A stretch of DNA of 54,582 bases from Sphingomonadales bacterium (GTDB taxonomy: Bacteria; Pseudomonadota; Alphaproteobacteria; Sphingomonadales; Sphingomonadaceae), in contig JBBSPR010000001.1 in the NCBI GenBank assembly GCA_038258615.1, positions 1-54,582 on the forward strand, written 5' to 3'. Both the position numbers and the translations under genes were made by a program. This document shows, in pieces, positions 11,082 to 23,943 of the stretch (positions within the stretch are counted from its first letter, which is position 1; every line of letters starts with the position of its first letter). The notes beneath the pieces are model-generated. The model was given only the letters and a program-made list of their open reading frames with translations, had not been told where the DNA came from and made no database searches.

Positions 11082-11675
11082 ATGCCCGATGCCACCGAAG
11101 CCGCAAAGACCCGCCGCCGCTGGCTGACCTTCGCCGAGATCACCACTGTCATGGCGTTGCTGATCGGCGCCGCCAACTTCTGGGATTCGCACCGCGAGCG
11201 CGAAGAGAAGCGCGCCGCCGCCTCGGCACCGAAAAAGGCGACCGCGCCCCCGCTGGTCCTCGTCTCGTCGATCGATGATGGCGGCGATGCGCTGCGCCTC
11301 GCCGCCACCGGCGCCGACCGTGTGATCCAGACGCAGACCATCGTTTTTCCGACCGCACTCGGTGTCGACAGCATGGATACGGTCGGCAATCCGCGGGTTG
11401 AAGCCGGCTGGTTCGCCAGCGGCCTGCGCAAGGCGCTGGGGGACAAGCGGGTGCAGGGCCGGCTGCCGGTCGGCATCATCACCCGCTACACAGACCAGGG
11501 CACCGAGCGCACCGATGTCGCGATCTACGACATCGGCCATGGCTGGCGCGAGCGCCTGTTGCAAAGTGCGGCTCCCGAACTGGAAGGGATCACGCTGATC
11601 AACCGCATCGGGTCCGAAGACGCGCTGCAGAAAAGGCTCGACGCTCGCTGGCAGCAACGCCAGCCTGCCGACTAG
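11082..11675 (+). CDS. Hypothetical protein with N-terminal membrane anchor
   Basis: 197-aa ORF filling the gap; one hydrophobic helix near the N-terminus; 4-bp overlap with def. Confidence 0.65.
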   Translation: MPDATEAAKTRRRWLTFAEITTVMALLIGAANFWDSHREREEKRAAASAPKKATAPPLVLVSSIDDGGDALRLAATGADRVIQTQTIVFPTALGVDSMDTVGNPRVEAGWFASGLRKALGDKRVQGRLPVGIITRYTDQGTERTDVAIYDIGHGWRERLLQSAAPELEGITLINRIGSEDALQKRLDARWQQRQPAD

Positions 11676-12226
11676 GCCGCGCGGGCGCGGCGCGCCTTTT
11701 CCAGCTTCTTCAGCACCATGTCGCGCTTCAATTTGCTCAGATGGTCGATGAACAGCACGCCGTTAAGATGATCCATCTCGTGCTGCAGGCAGGTCGCCAT
11801 CAGCCCGTCGAGCTCCGCCTCATGCGCCTTGCCGTTTTCGTCGAGCCACTTCGCCCGCACCCGCGCCGGCCGGTCGACGTCGGCATATTGATCAGGCACC
11901 GAAAGACAGCCTTCCGAATACACCGACAGATCGTCCGATTCCCACAGGATTTCGGGGTTGATGAACACCTGCGGCTCGCGGACATATTCGATCGTGTCCG
12001 GATCGGTATCCTCGGTCACCTCGCCTGTCGGGCGCTGCAGGTCGATCGTGAGGATCCGCTCGGCCACGCCGACCTGGATCGCGGCGAGACCGATGCCGGG
12101 CGCCTTGTACATCGTCTCGAACATGTCGGCGATCAGCGCACGATGCGCGTCGGTCACCGTGTCGACGGGCTTGGAGATGACGCGCAACCGCTGGTCGGGC
12201 GCTTCGATAATCTGGAGAATGGCCAT
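11672..12226 (-). CDS. def: Peptide deformylase
   Basis: GIGLAAIQ, EGCLS, QHEMDHLNG. Confidence 0.97.
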   Translation of the reverse strand: MAILQIIEAPDQRLRVISKPVDTVTDAHRALIADMFETMYKAPGIGLAAIQVGVAERILTIDLQRPTGEVTEDTDPDTIEYVREPQVFINPEILWESDDLSVYSEGCLSVPDQYADVDRPARVRAKWLDENGKAHEAELDGLMATCLQHEMDHLNGVLFIDHLSKLKRDMVLKKLEKARRARAA

Positions 12227-12272
12227 GGTTGTCAGCTAAGCACGGCGGCGTCCAAAATCAAGCGAGCCGGAA

Positions 12273-12869
12273 TCAAGTAACCGGCTTGCGCGCGCGCAGC
12301 GCCATGGCCAGCGTGCCCTCGTCCATGAAGTCGAGTTCGCCGCCCACTGGCAGGCCATGGGCGAGCATGGTCACCGCCACATCGAGCCCGGCCAGCCGGT
12401 CCGCGAGATAGTGCATCGTCGTCTGGCCCTCCAGCGTCGCGTTCATCGCCAGCACAACCTCCCGAAACCCGCCGCCCGCGACCCTGGAGACCAGCGATTC
12501 TATCCCCAGATCCTCCGGACGCACCCCCTCGAGCGCCGAAAGTCGCCCCCCGAGCACATGAAAACGCCCCCCGAAAAGCCGCTGTCCATCGAGCGCCCAA
12601 AGGTCCGCCACCTCCTCGACCACACACAGGCTCGCCGGATCCCGCCGCGGATCGGCACAGATCGCGCAGGGATCATGGGTATCGACATTGCCGCAGATGC
12701 CGCACGTCACCAGCCGCGCCTCCACCGCCTGCAGCGCCGCCACCAAAGGCCCGAGCGCCGTTTCCCGGCGCTTGAGCAGGTGCAGCACCACCCTTCGTGC
12801 CGATCGCGGCCCCAGACCCGGGAGCCGGGCGAGGATCTGCGTCAGCGCATCGATTTCGGGCGAGGCCAT
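12273..12869 (-). CDS. recR: Recombination mediator RecR
   Basis: LPGLGPRSA HhH; C4 zinc finger; TOPRIM motif NATLEGQTT; [11 protein letters not shown]. Confidence 0.95.
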   Translation of the reverse strand: MASPEIDALTQILARLPGLGPRSARRVVLHLLKRRETALGPLVAALQAVEARLVTCGICGNVDTHDPCAICADPRRDPASLCVVEEVADLWALDGQRLFGGRFHVLGGRLSALEGVRPEDLGIESLVSRVAGGGFREVVLAMNATLEGQTTMHYLADRLAGLDVAVTMLAHGLPVGGELDFMDEGTLAMALRARKPVT

Positions 12870-12966
12870 GATTTTTCCATGCCACCCCCGCCGCATCGCG
12901 GCAACGCCCTTCCAGCAAGCCCCCCCATGCGCTAGACCCCCGGCAAAACACGGAAGGACCATCTTC

Positions 12967-15651
<2,685 letters not shown>

Positions 15652-15819
15652 AGCCGAGACTGCTGCTTATTGACGCACCACTTGTGTTGCGCCGCGGCAA
15701 CATTCTCGGCAAAGTCGCAGATTAATGGCAGATTTACCATTTTTTGCTTGAAATCAATCAAGTGTAAAATACTCTCCAGTTTCGATGCCAATTGCGGCAA
15801 GGATCGAGGGGAAAGAGTA

Positions 15820-17058
15820 ATGGGAAGCAAGGATATGGCCGGCGCCATCTTGGCGATCGGGTCGGCACTTTTGGTGGCCTCGCCCGCAATCGCAGGCGGG
15901 ATGACCTTCGAGGCCTCGAACCAGCCGAGCAAGATCGGCGCGCCGGCGGTGAAGTCCGCCAGCGGCGGCCGCGACGGCTTGTCTTGGCTCGCCAAGAGCA
16001 CCATCATCGGCCAGACGCCGACTTCGGACGTATCGGCGCCGGGCAACGATATCGGCGGTGGCAACTCGCTCTATTTTGCATCGGCCAACAAGAGCGGCAC
16101 GGTCGCACTGATCATGGAATATGACAACGGCGACCGGTTCATCTGTTCCGGCAGCGTCCTCAAGGGCGGCATGTCGATCGCGACCGCAGCACATTGCGTG
16201 AGCGGCGGTGCTGGCACAGCCAACCCTGTGAAGACCACCGCCCATTTTTACAATGGGGACCCGAACGAGCGCACCGTTACCGAGGGCGCCAGCATCACGC
16301 GCGACGTGTCCACCTACATTGTGCATCCGAACTACACCGGTGAAGTCATCGATCAGAACGACATCGCAATTCTGCGCCTCGAGAAGGCCGCACCCAGCTT
16401 CGCCTTGCGGTACGATCTCTACACCGAGGGTGATCTGACCGGCGAAATCTTCAATGTCGCCGGCTTCGGCACGCGGTCCACCGTTGGTGGCGCTGCAGGC
16501 AACACGCCGCCAGACGGGGCGCGCACCGGCTATCTCCGCGAAGGCGACAACCGCTATGACTATGCATGGGGCAATTCGCTGTTCGGGGACTTCTTCACCG
16601 AAGTGATCGGCGGCGAAAACTTCTTTGGCACGGCCGATATCGAATTCAGCTATGTGTCCGATTTCGACAACGGCCTCGCTGCCCAGGATAAGGCACGTCG
16701 CATCGCCAATGCCATCGGCCAGGGTCCGATCGGCGACGCCTTCTTCACCGACACCGGGCTCGGCGAGCGCGAAGTCAATATCGCTGGCGGCGACTCGGGT
16801 GGCCCCGGCTTCGTCGATGGCAAGCTGGCATCGATCAACTCCTACGGCCTCACCTTCGGCGCCAACTTCGGCGATTTCGGTGGTGGCCTGAACGCCGGCT
16901 TCGGTGAATTCTCGGGCTATGTCCCGGTGTTCATCCATGCCGACTTCATCGGCGCGGCCATGGCCGTCCCCGAGCCCGGCACCTGGGCAATGCTCATTGC
17001 CGGTTTCGGTCTTGTCGGCGCCTCGATGCGTCGTCGCCGTCCGCTCGCCGCCGCCTGA
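15820..17058 (+). CDS. Secreted trypsin-like (S1) serine protease with PEPxxWA-CTERM sorting signal
   Basis: Signal peptide; TAAHC, NDIAIL, GDSGGP; C-terminal VPEPGTWAMLIAGFGLVGASMRRRR. Confidence 0.9.
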   Translation: MGSKDMAGAILAIGSALLVASPAIAGGMTFEASNQPSKIGAPAVKSASGGRDGLSWLAKSTIIGQTPTSDVSAPGNDIGGGNSLYFASANKSGTVALIMEYDNGDRFICSGSVLKGGMSIATAAHCVSGGAGTANPVKTTAHFYNGDPNERTVTEGASITRDVSTYIVHPNYTGEVIDQNDIAILRLEKAAPSFALRYDLYTEGDLTGEIFNVAGFGTRSTVGGAAGNTPPDGARTGYLREGDNRYDYAWGNSLFGDFFTEVIGGENFFGTADIEFSYVSDFDNGLAAQDKARRIANAIGQGPIGDAFFTDTGLGEREVNIAGGDSGGPGFVDGKLASINSYGLTFGANFGDFGGGLNAGFGEFSGYVPVFIHADFIGAAMAVPEPGTWAMLIAGFGLVGASMRRRRPLAAA

Positions 17059-17063
17059 CAACT

Positions 17064-17765
17064 TCAGGCACGTTCGAAAAGACTTTCTCTTGGCTGGCCC
17101 CAGTTGACCTGGGGCCAGCCATTTTTTTGGGCGAGAGCTGCAAGCTCGATCGTCGGGTTGGTCGCAACGGCCTCGCCACCGCGTTCCACCACCAGCCAGA
17201 ACACCGGCCCATCCGAATGATGGTCCGAGTGGAAGCGAAGCGCCTCGCTCTGCCCGCCATGGGCATCGAGCCAGGCCGCCACGCGCTCCCGCTTCGCAGC
17301 GCCATAACAATTGGCGCCCCCAAGCCGCCAGTCCAGCTTGCCACCCGTCCAGCGTGAAGGGGTCGCCAACACCGCGTCAAACCCCAGCAATGCGCCGATC
17401 GCCTCCGCATAATAGGCGTTTGAGGCCGTTGCCAGCACCAGGCGCCGGCCAGTCGCCCGGTCCGCTGCAATCTGCTCCAGAGCTGCCTCGAAACAGCCCG
17501 TCGCCACCACAGCCCTGGCATAATCGGCAGCGGCTGCCTCCACGGCAGCACGCGACACGCGCCGCCCCATCAAGACCCTGTGCGCCGCCGCCTTCAGCGC
17601 ACCGCGATCGATCAGTTTCAAGCCATAGGCCGCGGCCGCAAGACCGAGAAACGGCAGCAGCATGATCCGCCACCGCGCCTGTCGTCGAACCCAGAAATGC
17701 AGCCATGGTCCCCAGGTGCCACCGCGGGTGATCGTGCGGTCCATGTCATAAATGCTGATCGCCAT
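17064..17765 (-). CDS. HAD-IB family hydrolase (SerB-like)
   Basis: YDMDRT motif I, LATAS motif II, NCYGAAK, HSDHHSD. Confidence 0.85.
   Translation of the reverse strand: MAISIYDMDRTITRGGTWGPWLHFWVRRQARWRIMLLPFLGLAAAAYGLKLIDRGALKAAAHRVLMGRRVSRAAVEAAAADYARAVVATGCFEAALEQIAADRATGRRLVLATASNAYYAEAIGALLGFDAVLATPSRWTGGKLDWRLGGANCYGAAKRERVAAWLDAHGGQSEALRFHSDHHSDGPVFWLVVERGGEAVATNPTIELAALAQKNGWPQVNWGQPRESLFERA
17091..17128 (+). terminator. Intrinsic terminator of the protease gene
   Basis: Perfect 13-bp stem TGGCTGGCCCCAG/CTGGGGCCAGCCA, 5-nt loop, then T7; 32 nt after the stop codon. Confidence 0.8.
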
Positions 17766-17856
17766 GGCGCTCTCTTCGGGCGCAGCAGGGCTGCGCGTCA
17801 ACGCCCGTCTGATCCGCCGTGCGACGATTTGGCTGCGTTGCAACGCTGCCCGGCGA

Positions 17857-17874
17857 CCTTACGTGCACGTCAAC
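17857..17874. promoter_or_regulatory. Second LiuR-type operator CCTTACGTGCACGTCAAC upstream of aox
   Basis: 16/18 identical to the reverse complement of 7177-7194; ends 20 nt before the aox ATG. Confidence 0.7.
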
Positions 17875-17894
17875 CAATTGCGCGGAGACCTGCG

Positions 17895-18584
17895 ATGACC
17901 GTCATCCCCTTTGTGGACAAGACCCGCCATTTCGTTCCGCAGGGGCCGGGTGACAGGGTGGCGCTTGCGTTCACCCGCAGCCTGCGTTTCGTGGCGGATC
18001 GCTTTTTCGCCCATCGTTACGGCCATCGTGCCATCGTGCTCGAGACCGTCGCCGCGGTGCCCGGCATGGTCGGCGCAACGATGACGCATTTGCGCAGCCT
18101 GCGGCGAATGGAGGACGACAAGGGCTGGATCCGCACGCTGATGGAAGAGGCCGAGAATGAAAGGATGCACCTGATGACCTTCATCGAGGTGGCCCAGCCG
18201 TCAGCCTTCGAGCGCTTCCTGATCATTGCCGTGCAGTGGATGTTCTATGTGAGCTTCTTTGCGCTTTACGTCGTCAGCCCACGCACTGCGCACCGCGTGG
18301 TGGGCTATTTCGAAGAGGAAGCCGTGACGAGCTATACTCATTATCTGGCGCAGATCGACTATGGAGCGGTGGAGAATATTCCCGCTCCGCAAATTGCGCG
18401 GCGTTATTGGCAGCTGCCCGACGATGCCACGCTTCGGGACGTCGTGCTCGTGGTGCGGGCAGACGAAGCGCATCACCGCGACGTGAACCACCAGTTTGCC
18501 GATGCACTTGCCGGCCGTCCGCTCGATCCGGATGCGATTGCGCCATATCCACCCAAGACGCCGGTGCACGAACTGGCTGCCTGA
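17895..18584 (+). CDS. aox: Alternative oxidase (ubiquinol oxidase, di-iron)
   Basis: [38 protein letters not shown]; GGAG SD. Confidence 0.95.
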   Translation: MTVIPFVDKTRHFVPQGPGDRVALAFTRSLRFVADRFFAHRYGHRAIVLETVAAVPGMVGATMTHLRSLRRMEDDKGWIRTLMEEAENERMHLMTFIEVAQPSAFERFLIIAVQWMFYVSFFALYVVSPRTAHRVVGYFEEEAVTSYTHYLAQIDYGAVENIPAPQIARRYWQLPDDATLRDVVLVVRADEAHHRDVNHQFADALAGRPLDPDAIAPYPPKTPVHELAA

Positions 18585-18637
18585 GCGACCCGCACTCGCA
18601 CTTGCGTGAGGTGCGATAATCCCGCACCACAGCGATC

Positions 18638-19765
18638 ATGGCTGTACTCGCATTCGAATCCGTCGCTGAAGACGGCAAGCAGCAGCTGTCGATCCTGGGT
18701 CGATTGACGATCGCCAATGTACAGCTGATCGCGGACGATGTGCGGGCAATCCCGCCTGCCGGGCAAATGCTGACAATCGATCTCGAGCGCCTCGAACGGA
18801 TCGATACCGCCGGGGCATGGCTGCTGCACCGCTTGATGGAAAGCTGGAAAGCCGCAGGCGTCGATGTGAGCGTGACCAACGCCGAACCCGACACGATGCG
18901 ATTGATCGAAGAGATCGGCACGCACGATCAGCCCATGGTGATGCGGGAGCGCCAGGCGTCCTACATAATGGCGCGGCTCGATCGCATCGGCAGAGCTGTC
19001 GTGCAGGCTTTTGAAAATGCCGGCAGTTTTCTTGCCTTCATCGGCCAGACAATGGTGACGATCGGCGGCACCATCATCGGCCGCCGCCGCATGCGCTGGA
19101 ATGCCTTCATCCATCAATGCGAGGCGATTGGCGTCAATGCCCTCGGGATCGTCGGCCTGCTGCTGTTTCTGGTCGGCATCGTGGTGGCACAACAGGGTGC
19201 AACGCAGCTGCGCCAGTTCGGCGCCGAAATCTTCGTCGTCAACCTCATCGGCAGGTCGACAACGCGCGAACTCGGCATCCTGCTCACTGCGATCATGGTC
19301 GCTGGTCGCTCGGCGTCAGCCTTTGCCGCCCAGATCGGATCGATGAAGCTCAACCAGGAAGTCGATGCGATGGAAACCATTGGCGTTTCCCCGTCCGAGT
19401 CCCTTGTCGTGCCACGGGTGCTCGGGATGGCGCTGATGCTCACCCTGCTCGGCTTCTTCGGCACAGCGATGGCGTTGGTCGGCGGCGGGTTGTTCGTGTG
19501 GGTGCAGCTCGACATGCCCCCCATCACCTATGTGCAGCGGCTGCAGGAAGTCGTGCTTATGTCCGATTTTGTCATCGGCACCATCAAGGCGCCGGTGTTT
19601 GGCCTGGTAATCGCCATGATGGGTTGCTTCCATGGCTTCCAGGTCAAGGGCAATGCCGAGGCAGTCGGGAACCGGACGACACGCGCCGTTGTTGAGTCGA
19701 TCTTTGTCGTCATCGTGCTCGACGCATTTTTCGCCGTCTTTTTCTCAGCTCTTGGCTATAACTGA
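18638..19765 (+). CDS. mlaE: MlaE-family ABC permease with N-terminal STAS domain
   Basis: RIDTAGAWLL (STAS), RELGILLTAIMVAGRS, EVDAMETIG, TTRAVVESIF. Confidence 0.9.
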   Translation: MAVLAFESVAEDGKQQLSILGRLTIANVQLIADDVRAIPPAGQMLTIDLERLERIDTAGAWLLHRLMESWKAAGVDVSVTNAEPDTMRLIEEIGTHDQPMVMRERQASYIMARLDRIGRAVVQAFENAGSFLAFIGQTMVTIGGTIIGRRRMRWNAFIHQCEAIGVNALGIVGLLLFLVGIVVAQQGATQLRQFGAEIFVVNLIGRSTTRELGILLTAIMVAGRSASAFAAQIGSMKLNQEVDAMETIGVSPSESLVVPRVLGMALMLTLLGFFGTAMALVGGGLFVWVQLDMPPITYVQRLQEVVLMSDFVIGTIKAPVFGLVIAMMGCFHGFQVKGNAEAVGNRTTRAVVESIFVVIVLDAFFAVFFSALGYN

Positions 19766-19768
19766 CCC

Positions 19769-20629
19769 ATGGAAACCCCCGCTGCCCTTTCGCCGGTCCT
19801 GCCGTCGGATGCCAATGTCGCCATCCGCATTCGCGGGCTGGAAACGGGTTTCGGCGCACAGACGATCCACAAGGATCTCGATCTGGACGTGCGACGTGGG
19901 GAAATCATCGGCTTGGTCGGCGGCTCGGGAACCGGCAAATCGGTCCTGATGCGCTGCATCATCGGGCTGGAGTCTGCTCGGGCCGGCACGATCGAGGTGC
20001 TGGGCCGTGACGCATCGACGCTCGATCCGGTGGAGGGCCGCGCGCTGCGCCGGCGTTGGGGTGTGCTGTTTCAGGAAGGAGCGCTGTTCTCCGCTCTTTC
20101 GGTAGCCGAGAACATCCAGGTTCCGATGCGCGAATTCCTGCATCTGCCGCAGAATCTGATGGACGATTTCGCCAAGCTCAAGGTGCGAATGGTGGGATTG
20201 CCCGAGGAGGCGGCGCGCAAGTTTCCATCCGAACTTTCGGGTGGCATGCGCAAGCGCGCAGCACTTGCGCGCGCGTTGGCGCTCGATCCGTTGCTGCTGT
20301 TTCTGGATGAGCCCACCGCCGGTCTTGATCCGATTGCTGCGGCCGCCTTCGATGATCTTGTGAAGGTGCTGCGCGATACGCTCGGCCTGACCGTGTTCCT
20401 GATCACCCATGATCTCGATACCTTGCACGCTACCTGTGACCGGGTGGCCGTGCTGGCCGAGCAGCATGTCATCGCCTGTGGCACCATTGCGGACCTGCGC
20501 GCGTTCGAGCACCCTTGGGTGCAGGAGTATTTCTCCGGTCCGCGCGGCCGGGCTGCGGTGCGCTCGCAGCGCACGCAGCCATTCGATGCAACGCCGGCGT
20601 CCGCGCCCGCCAACACCGAGTTTGCCTGA
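19769..20629 (+). CDS. mlaF: MlaF-family ABC ATPase
   Basis: GGSGTGKS, LSGGMRKR, FLDEPTAGLDP, ITHD. Confidence 0.92.
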   Translation: METPAALSPVLPSDANVAIRIRGLETGFGAQTIHKDLDLDVRRGEIIGLVGGSGTGKSVLMRCIIGLESARAGTIEVLGRDASTLDPVEGRALRRRWGVLFQEGALFSALSVAENIQVPMREFLHLPQNLMDDFAKLKVRMVGLPEEAARKFPSELSGGMRKRAALARALALDPLLLFLDEPTAGLDPIAAAAFDDLVKVLRDTLGLTVFLITHDLDTLHATCDRVAVLAEQHVIACGTIADLRAFEHPWVQEYFSGPRGRAAVRSQRTQPFDATPASAPANTEFA

Positions 20630-21588
20630 TGGAAACGCGCAGCAATTATGCCATCGTCGGGGCGGTGGTGCTGGCGCTGGTTGTCGCCCTGTTTGCGGCC
20701 ATCCTTTGGCTCTCGCGCTACTCCGGAGAGCCGGACCAGAAATTCGACATCCTTTTCAATCAGGCAGTCACCGGGCTCGCGGTTGGCTCGCCCGTGGCCT
20801 TCAACGGCGTGCCTGTCGGCAAGATCGACGAGATCAAGCTGTTGCCCCGGCAGCCGAAATTCGTTCGTGTTCGGATTTCGGTGCAGGAAGACGTGCCTGT
20901 GCTCGAGGGAACGACCGCAACCATCGAGGGTGTCGGCTTCACGGGTGTGAGCCAGATCCAGCTTTCCGGCGCGATGGGCGGTGCGAATCCGCTCACCAAG
21001 ATCGGTCCCTATGGGGTGCCGATCATCCCGGCGAGAGCCGGCGGGCTCGGTGAATTGCTGGCAAGCGCTCCGGAGCTGTTGAAGAATGTGAGCCTAGTGG
21101 CGAAACGCCTTGCCGATGTGCTCGACGACGACAACAAGGCGAGCATCACCCATATATTGAACAATATCGATCGGTTGACCGACGCCCTTGCCGATCGTGG
21201 TCCGGAGATCGCAGCGACCATCACCGAGGCCCGCGCCACTCTGGCCGCCACGACAAGCGCCATGGCAAAGGTGGAGGCGCTGGCCGGCAGCACCGACTCG
21301 TTCATGCGGGACGATGCCAAGCCGCTCGCGGAGGAGTTCGCCAAAACGCTGCGCAGCGCCAATGCAAGTCTCGCGCGGGTCGATACGATGACCGCCGCTG
21401 CAACACCGGCCGTCGAGCAGTTGGCCGGAGAGACCATTCCCGAGGCCAGCCAGCTCATCCGCGAATTGCGCGCACTCACGGCCGAGCTCAACGTGATCGC
21501 GACCCGCATCGATGAAGATCCTGCCGGCGCTCTGTCCGGCGGCAAGCGGCTGCCGAGCTATGATCCGGCAGGGAGCACCAGAGAATGA
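20629..21588 (+). CDS. MCE/MlaD-family protein with helical extension
   Basis: METRSNYAIVG, GLAVGSPVAFNGVPVG; TGATG overlap with the ATPase gene. Confidence 0.9.
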   Translation: METRSNYAIVGAVVLALVVALFAAILWLSRYSGEPDQKFDILFNQAVTGLAVGSPVAFNGVPVGKIDEIKLLPRQPKFVRVRISVQEDVPVLEGTTATIEGVGFTGVSQIQLSGAMGGANPLTKIGPYGVPIIPARAGGLGELLASAPELLKNVSLVAKRLADVLDDDNKASITHILNNIDRLTDALADRGPEIAATITEARATLAATTSAMAKVEALAGSTDSFMRDDAKPLAEEFAKTLRSANASLARVDTMTAAATPAVEQLAGETIPEASQLIRELRALTAELNVIATRIDEDPAGALSGGKRLPSYDPAGSTRE

Positions 21589-22196
21589 CCCGTCGTCGCA
21601 ACCTGCTGTGTTTGATAATTCCCCTGGCCCTGGCCGGATGTGGTCCGTTGGTTCAGATCGGCGCCAAGGGGCCGCCGGCGACGTCGCTCCTTCTGGTGGA
21701 GTCGACGGCACCGCCGGCGCCTGCGAGCGCCAGGCAGAGCCCGACCATCGCTGTCGAGCTGCCGCAGTTGCCGGCCATGTTGCAGTCGCTCCGCGTTGCA
21801 GTGCGGATTTCCGACACGGAAATTCAGTATCTTACTGCTGCCAGTTGGGCAGAGACGCCGAACCGCCAGGTGCAGCGGCTGTTTTCGGACACGCTCGTCT
21901 CGCGCGGGCTGCCGGTGCTGGATCGCAACCAGCCAACTGCACGTCCGGAAGCCACGCTATCCGGCACGCTTCGCGAGTTCACGCTCGACGTGCGCGATCC
22001 GCTGCAACCGGTTGTGCTGGTTCGCTACGATGCCCAGCTTTCACACCCCGGCCAAGAACGCGGCCCCGATCTGCGCCGCTTCGAAGCGCGCGAGCCGGTG
22101 GCAAGCCAGTCACCGCCCGACGTGGCCGCAGCGCTGTCCCGGTCCACCAACCGGCTGGCAGCCGAACTGGCGGACTGGACTGTCGCCAACCTCTGA
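21585..22196 (+). CDS. ABC-type transport auxiliary lipoprotein (PqiC-like)
   Basis: Lipobox LAGC, WAETP motif, last gene of the MCE operon. Confidence 0.8.
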   Translation: MTRRRNLLCLIIPLALAGCGPLVQIGAKGPPATSLLLVESTAPPAPASARQSPTIAVELPQLPAMLQSLRVAVRISDTEIQYLTAASWAETPNRQVQRLFSDTLVSRGLPVLDRNQPTARPEATLSGTLREFTLDVRDPLQPVVLVRYDAQLSHPGQERGPDLRRFEAREPVASQSPPDVAAALSRSTNRLAAELADWTVANL

Positions 22197-22210
22197 GCCG
22201 CCTCGCCGCC

Positions 22211-22807
22211 TCAGGGCCGGCAGAGGACGAACACCGCCTGATCGGCAAGCAGATTGGCGGCGAAGCTGGAGCGCAACTTGCCATTTGCGAGAAACGCCGC
22301 GCGGTCTATGCGGAGGCCGCAATCGTCAACCAGCGCCCGGAAGTCATTGATCGTGCAGAGGTGGATGTTGGTGGTCTGGTGCCAGCTCACCGGCAATGTG
22401 CGAGTGACCGGCATCCGACCACCCACCGCCAGGGCTGCGCGGACCCGCCAGTGACCGAAATTGGGGAAGCTCACGATTCCCTGCCGGGCGACGCGTAGAA
22501 GCTCTCCAAGGATGCGGGCCGGCTCGCGCATGGCCTGCAGCGTGTCCGAAAGGATTGCCACGTCGAAGGCATTGTCGGGCCAGTCCGAAAGGTCGGTATG
22601 AGCATCACCCTGCACCACCGCCAGCCCGCGTGCCACGGCACTGGCCACATTGGCGGCGGACACATCGATCCCATGCGCCGAAACCTGACGTGACGTACGA
22701 AGATGTGCCAGCAAAGCCCCGTCCCCGCAGCCGATATCGAGGACGCGCGCGCCTGCCGGCACTGCATCGGCAACGGCTTGCAGGTCCGGGCGGAGTGCGG
22801 ATTTCAT
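22211..22807 (-). CDS. metW: Methionine biosynthesis protein MetW
   Basis: [25 protein letters not shown]; coupled to metX. Confidence 0.92.
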   Translation of the reverse strand: MKSALRPDLQAVADAVPAGARVLDIGCGDGALLAHLRTSRQVSAHGIDVSAANVASAVARGLAVVQGDAHTDLSDWPDNAFDVAILSDTLQAMREPARILGELLRVARQGIVSFPNFGHWRVRAALAVGGRMPVTRTLPVSWHQTTNIHLCTINDFRALVDDCGLRIDRAAFLANGKLRSSFAANLLADQAVFVLCRP

Positions 22808-23943
22808 CCTTCGGCAAGGCCGTTCAGAAAGCCTGTGACGATGCGATTCATCTCGGGCGCATCGAGCAGAAAGGCGTCATGGCCATGCGGACTTTCGAGC
22901 TCGCAGTAGCTGGTGGCGGCGCCGGCGCCATGGAGCGCCCGGACGATGCGCTTGGTTTCAGCGGTGGGATAGAGCCAGTCCGAGGTGAAACTGATCAGCG
23001 CAAAGCGGGTGCCGGCGGCCGCCGCAGGGGCAAAAGCAGTCGCGAGGACCCCGTCATGGGGTGCTGCAAGGTCGAAATAGTCCATTGCCCGGGTGATGTA
23101 GAGGTAGCTGTTGGCGTCGAAACGCTCGGTGAAGGTGAGCCCCTGGTGGCGCAGATAGCTTTCCACCTGGAATTCGGCGTCGAAGCCGAACCCCAGTGCT
23201 GCGCGGTTCTGCAGCCGCCGGCCGAATCGCTCGGTGAGCCCCTGTTCGGAAAGGTAGGTGATGTGCGCCGCCATCCGCGCCACGGCCAGCCCGGCGGCGG
23301 GGGCATCCTCGGCGGTGTAATTGCCGCTCGCCCAGCGCGGATCGGCCATGATCGCTTGGCGGCCGACTTCGTGGAAGGCGATGTTCTGCGCCGAGTGGCG
23401 AGCGGCGGACGCGATCGCCACCACGGCGCGCACGCGCTCGGGAAATTGTGCCGCCCAGGACAGTGCCTGCATGCCGCCCATCGAGCCGCCGACCACCGCC
23501 TGCAGCCGCTCGACACCCAGATGATCGAGCAGCCGGGCCTGGACCGTGACCATGTCGGCGATGGTGATGACGGGAAAGCGCATCGCGAAGGGCTGGCCGA
23601 TGGCGGGATCGGCGCTGCCCGGGCCGGTGGTGCCCGAACATCCGCCAAGGACGTTCGAGCAGATGATGAAGTGCCGCGCGGGGTCGATCGGCTTGCCTGG
23701 CCCGACCAGCCGCTCCCACCAGCCGGGTTTGCCGGTCCGTGGGTTTGGCGAAGCGACATGCTGGTCCCCGGTAAGGGCGTGACAGATGAGGATGGCGTTG
23801 CTGCCATCGGGTGCCAGCGTGCCATAGGTTTCATAGGCAATGTCGACGCCGGCCAGGCTCTGGCCGCTGGCGAGCGGCACGGGGTCCGCCAGCCGGACCG
23901 TGCGGCCTAGCCCGAAGCGTTGATCTTGAACCGGTGCCAGCAT
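22804..23943 (-). CDS. metX: Homoserine O-acetyltransferase
   Basis: [28 protein letters not shown]. Confidence 0.95.
   Translation of the reverse strand: MLAPVQDQRFGLGRTVRLADPVPLASGQSLAGVDIAYETYGTLAPDGSNAILICHALTGDQHVASPNPRTGKPGWWERLVGPGKPIDPARHFIICSNVLGGCSGTTGPGSADPAIGQPFAMRFPVITIADMVTVQARLLDHLGVERLQAVVGGSMGGMQALSWAAQFPERVRAVVAIASAARHSAQNIAFHEVGRQAIMADPRWASGNYTAEDAPAAGLAVARMAAHITYLSEQGLTERFGRRLQNRAALGFGFDAEFQVESYLRHQGLTFTERFDANSYLYITRAMDYFDLAAPHDGVLATAFAPAAAAGTRFALISFTSDWLYPTAETKRIVRALHGAGAATSYCELESPHGHDAFLLDAPEMNRIVTGFLNGLAEG

Noticed and set aside
17835-17846. Palindrome GCGTTGCAACGC upstream of aox
   Set aside because: 12-bp palindrome with no clear second copy or recognisable regulator; may just contain a -35 element
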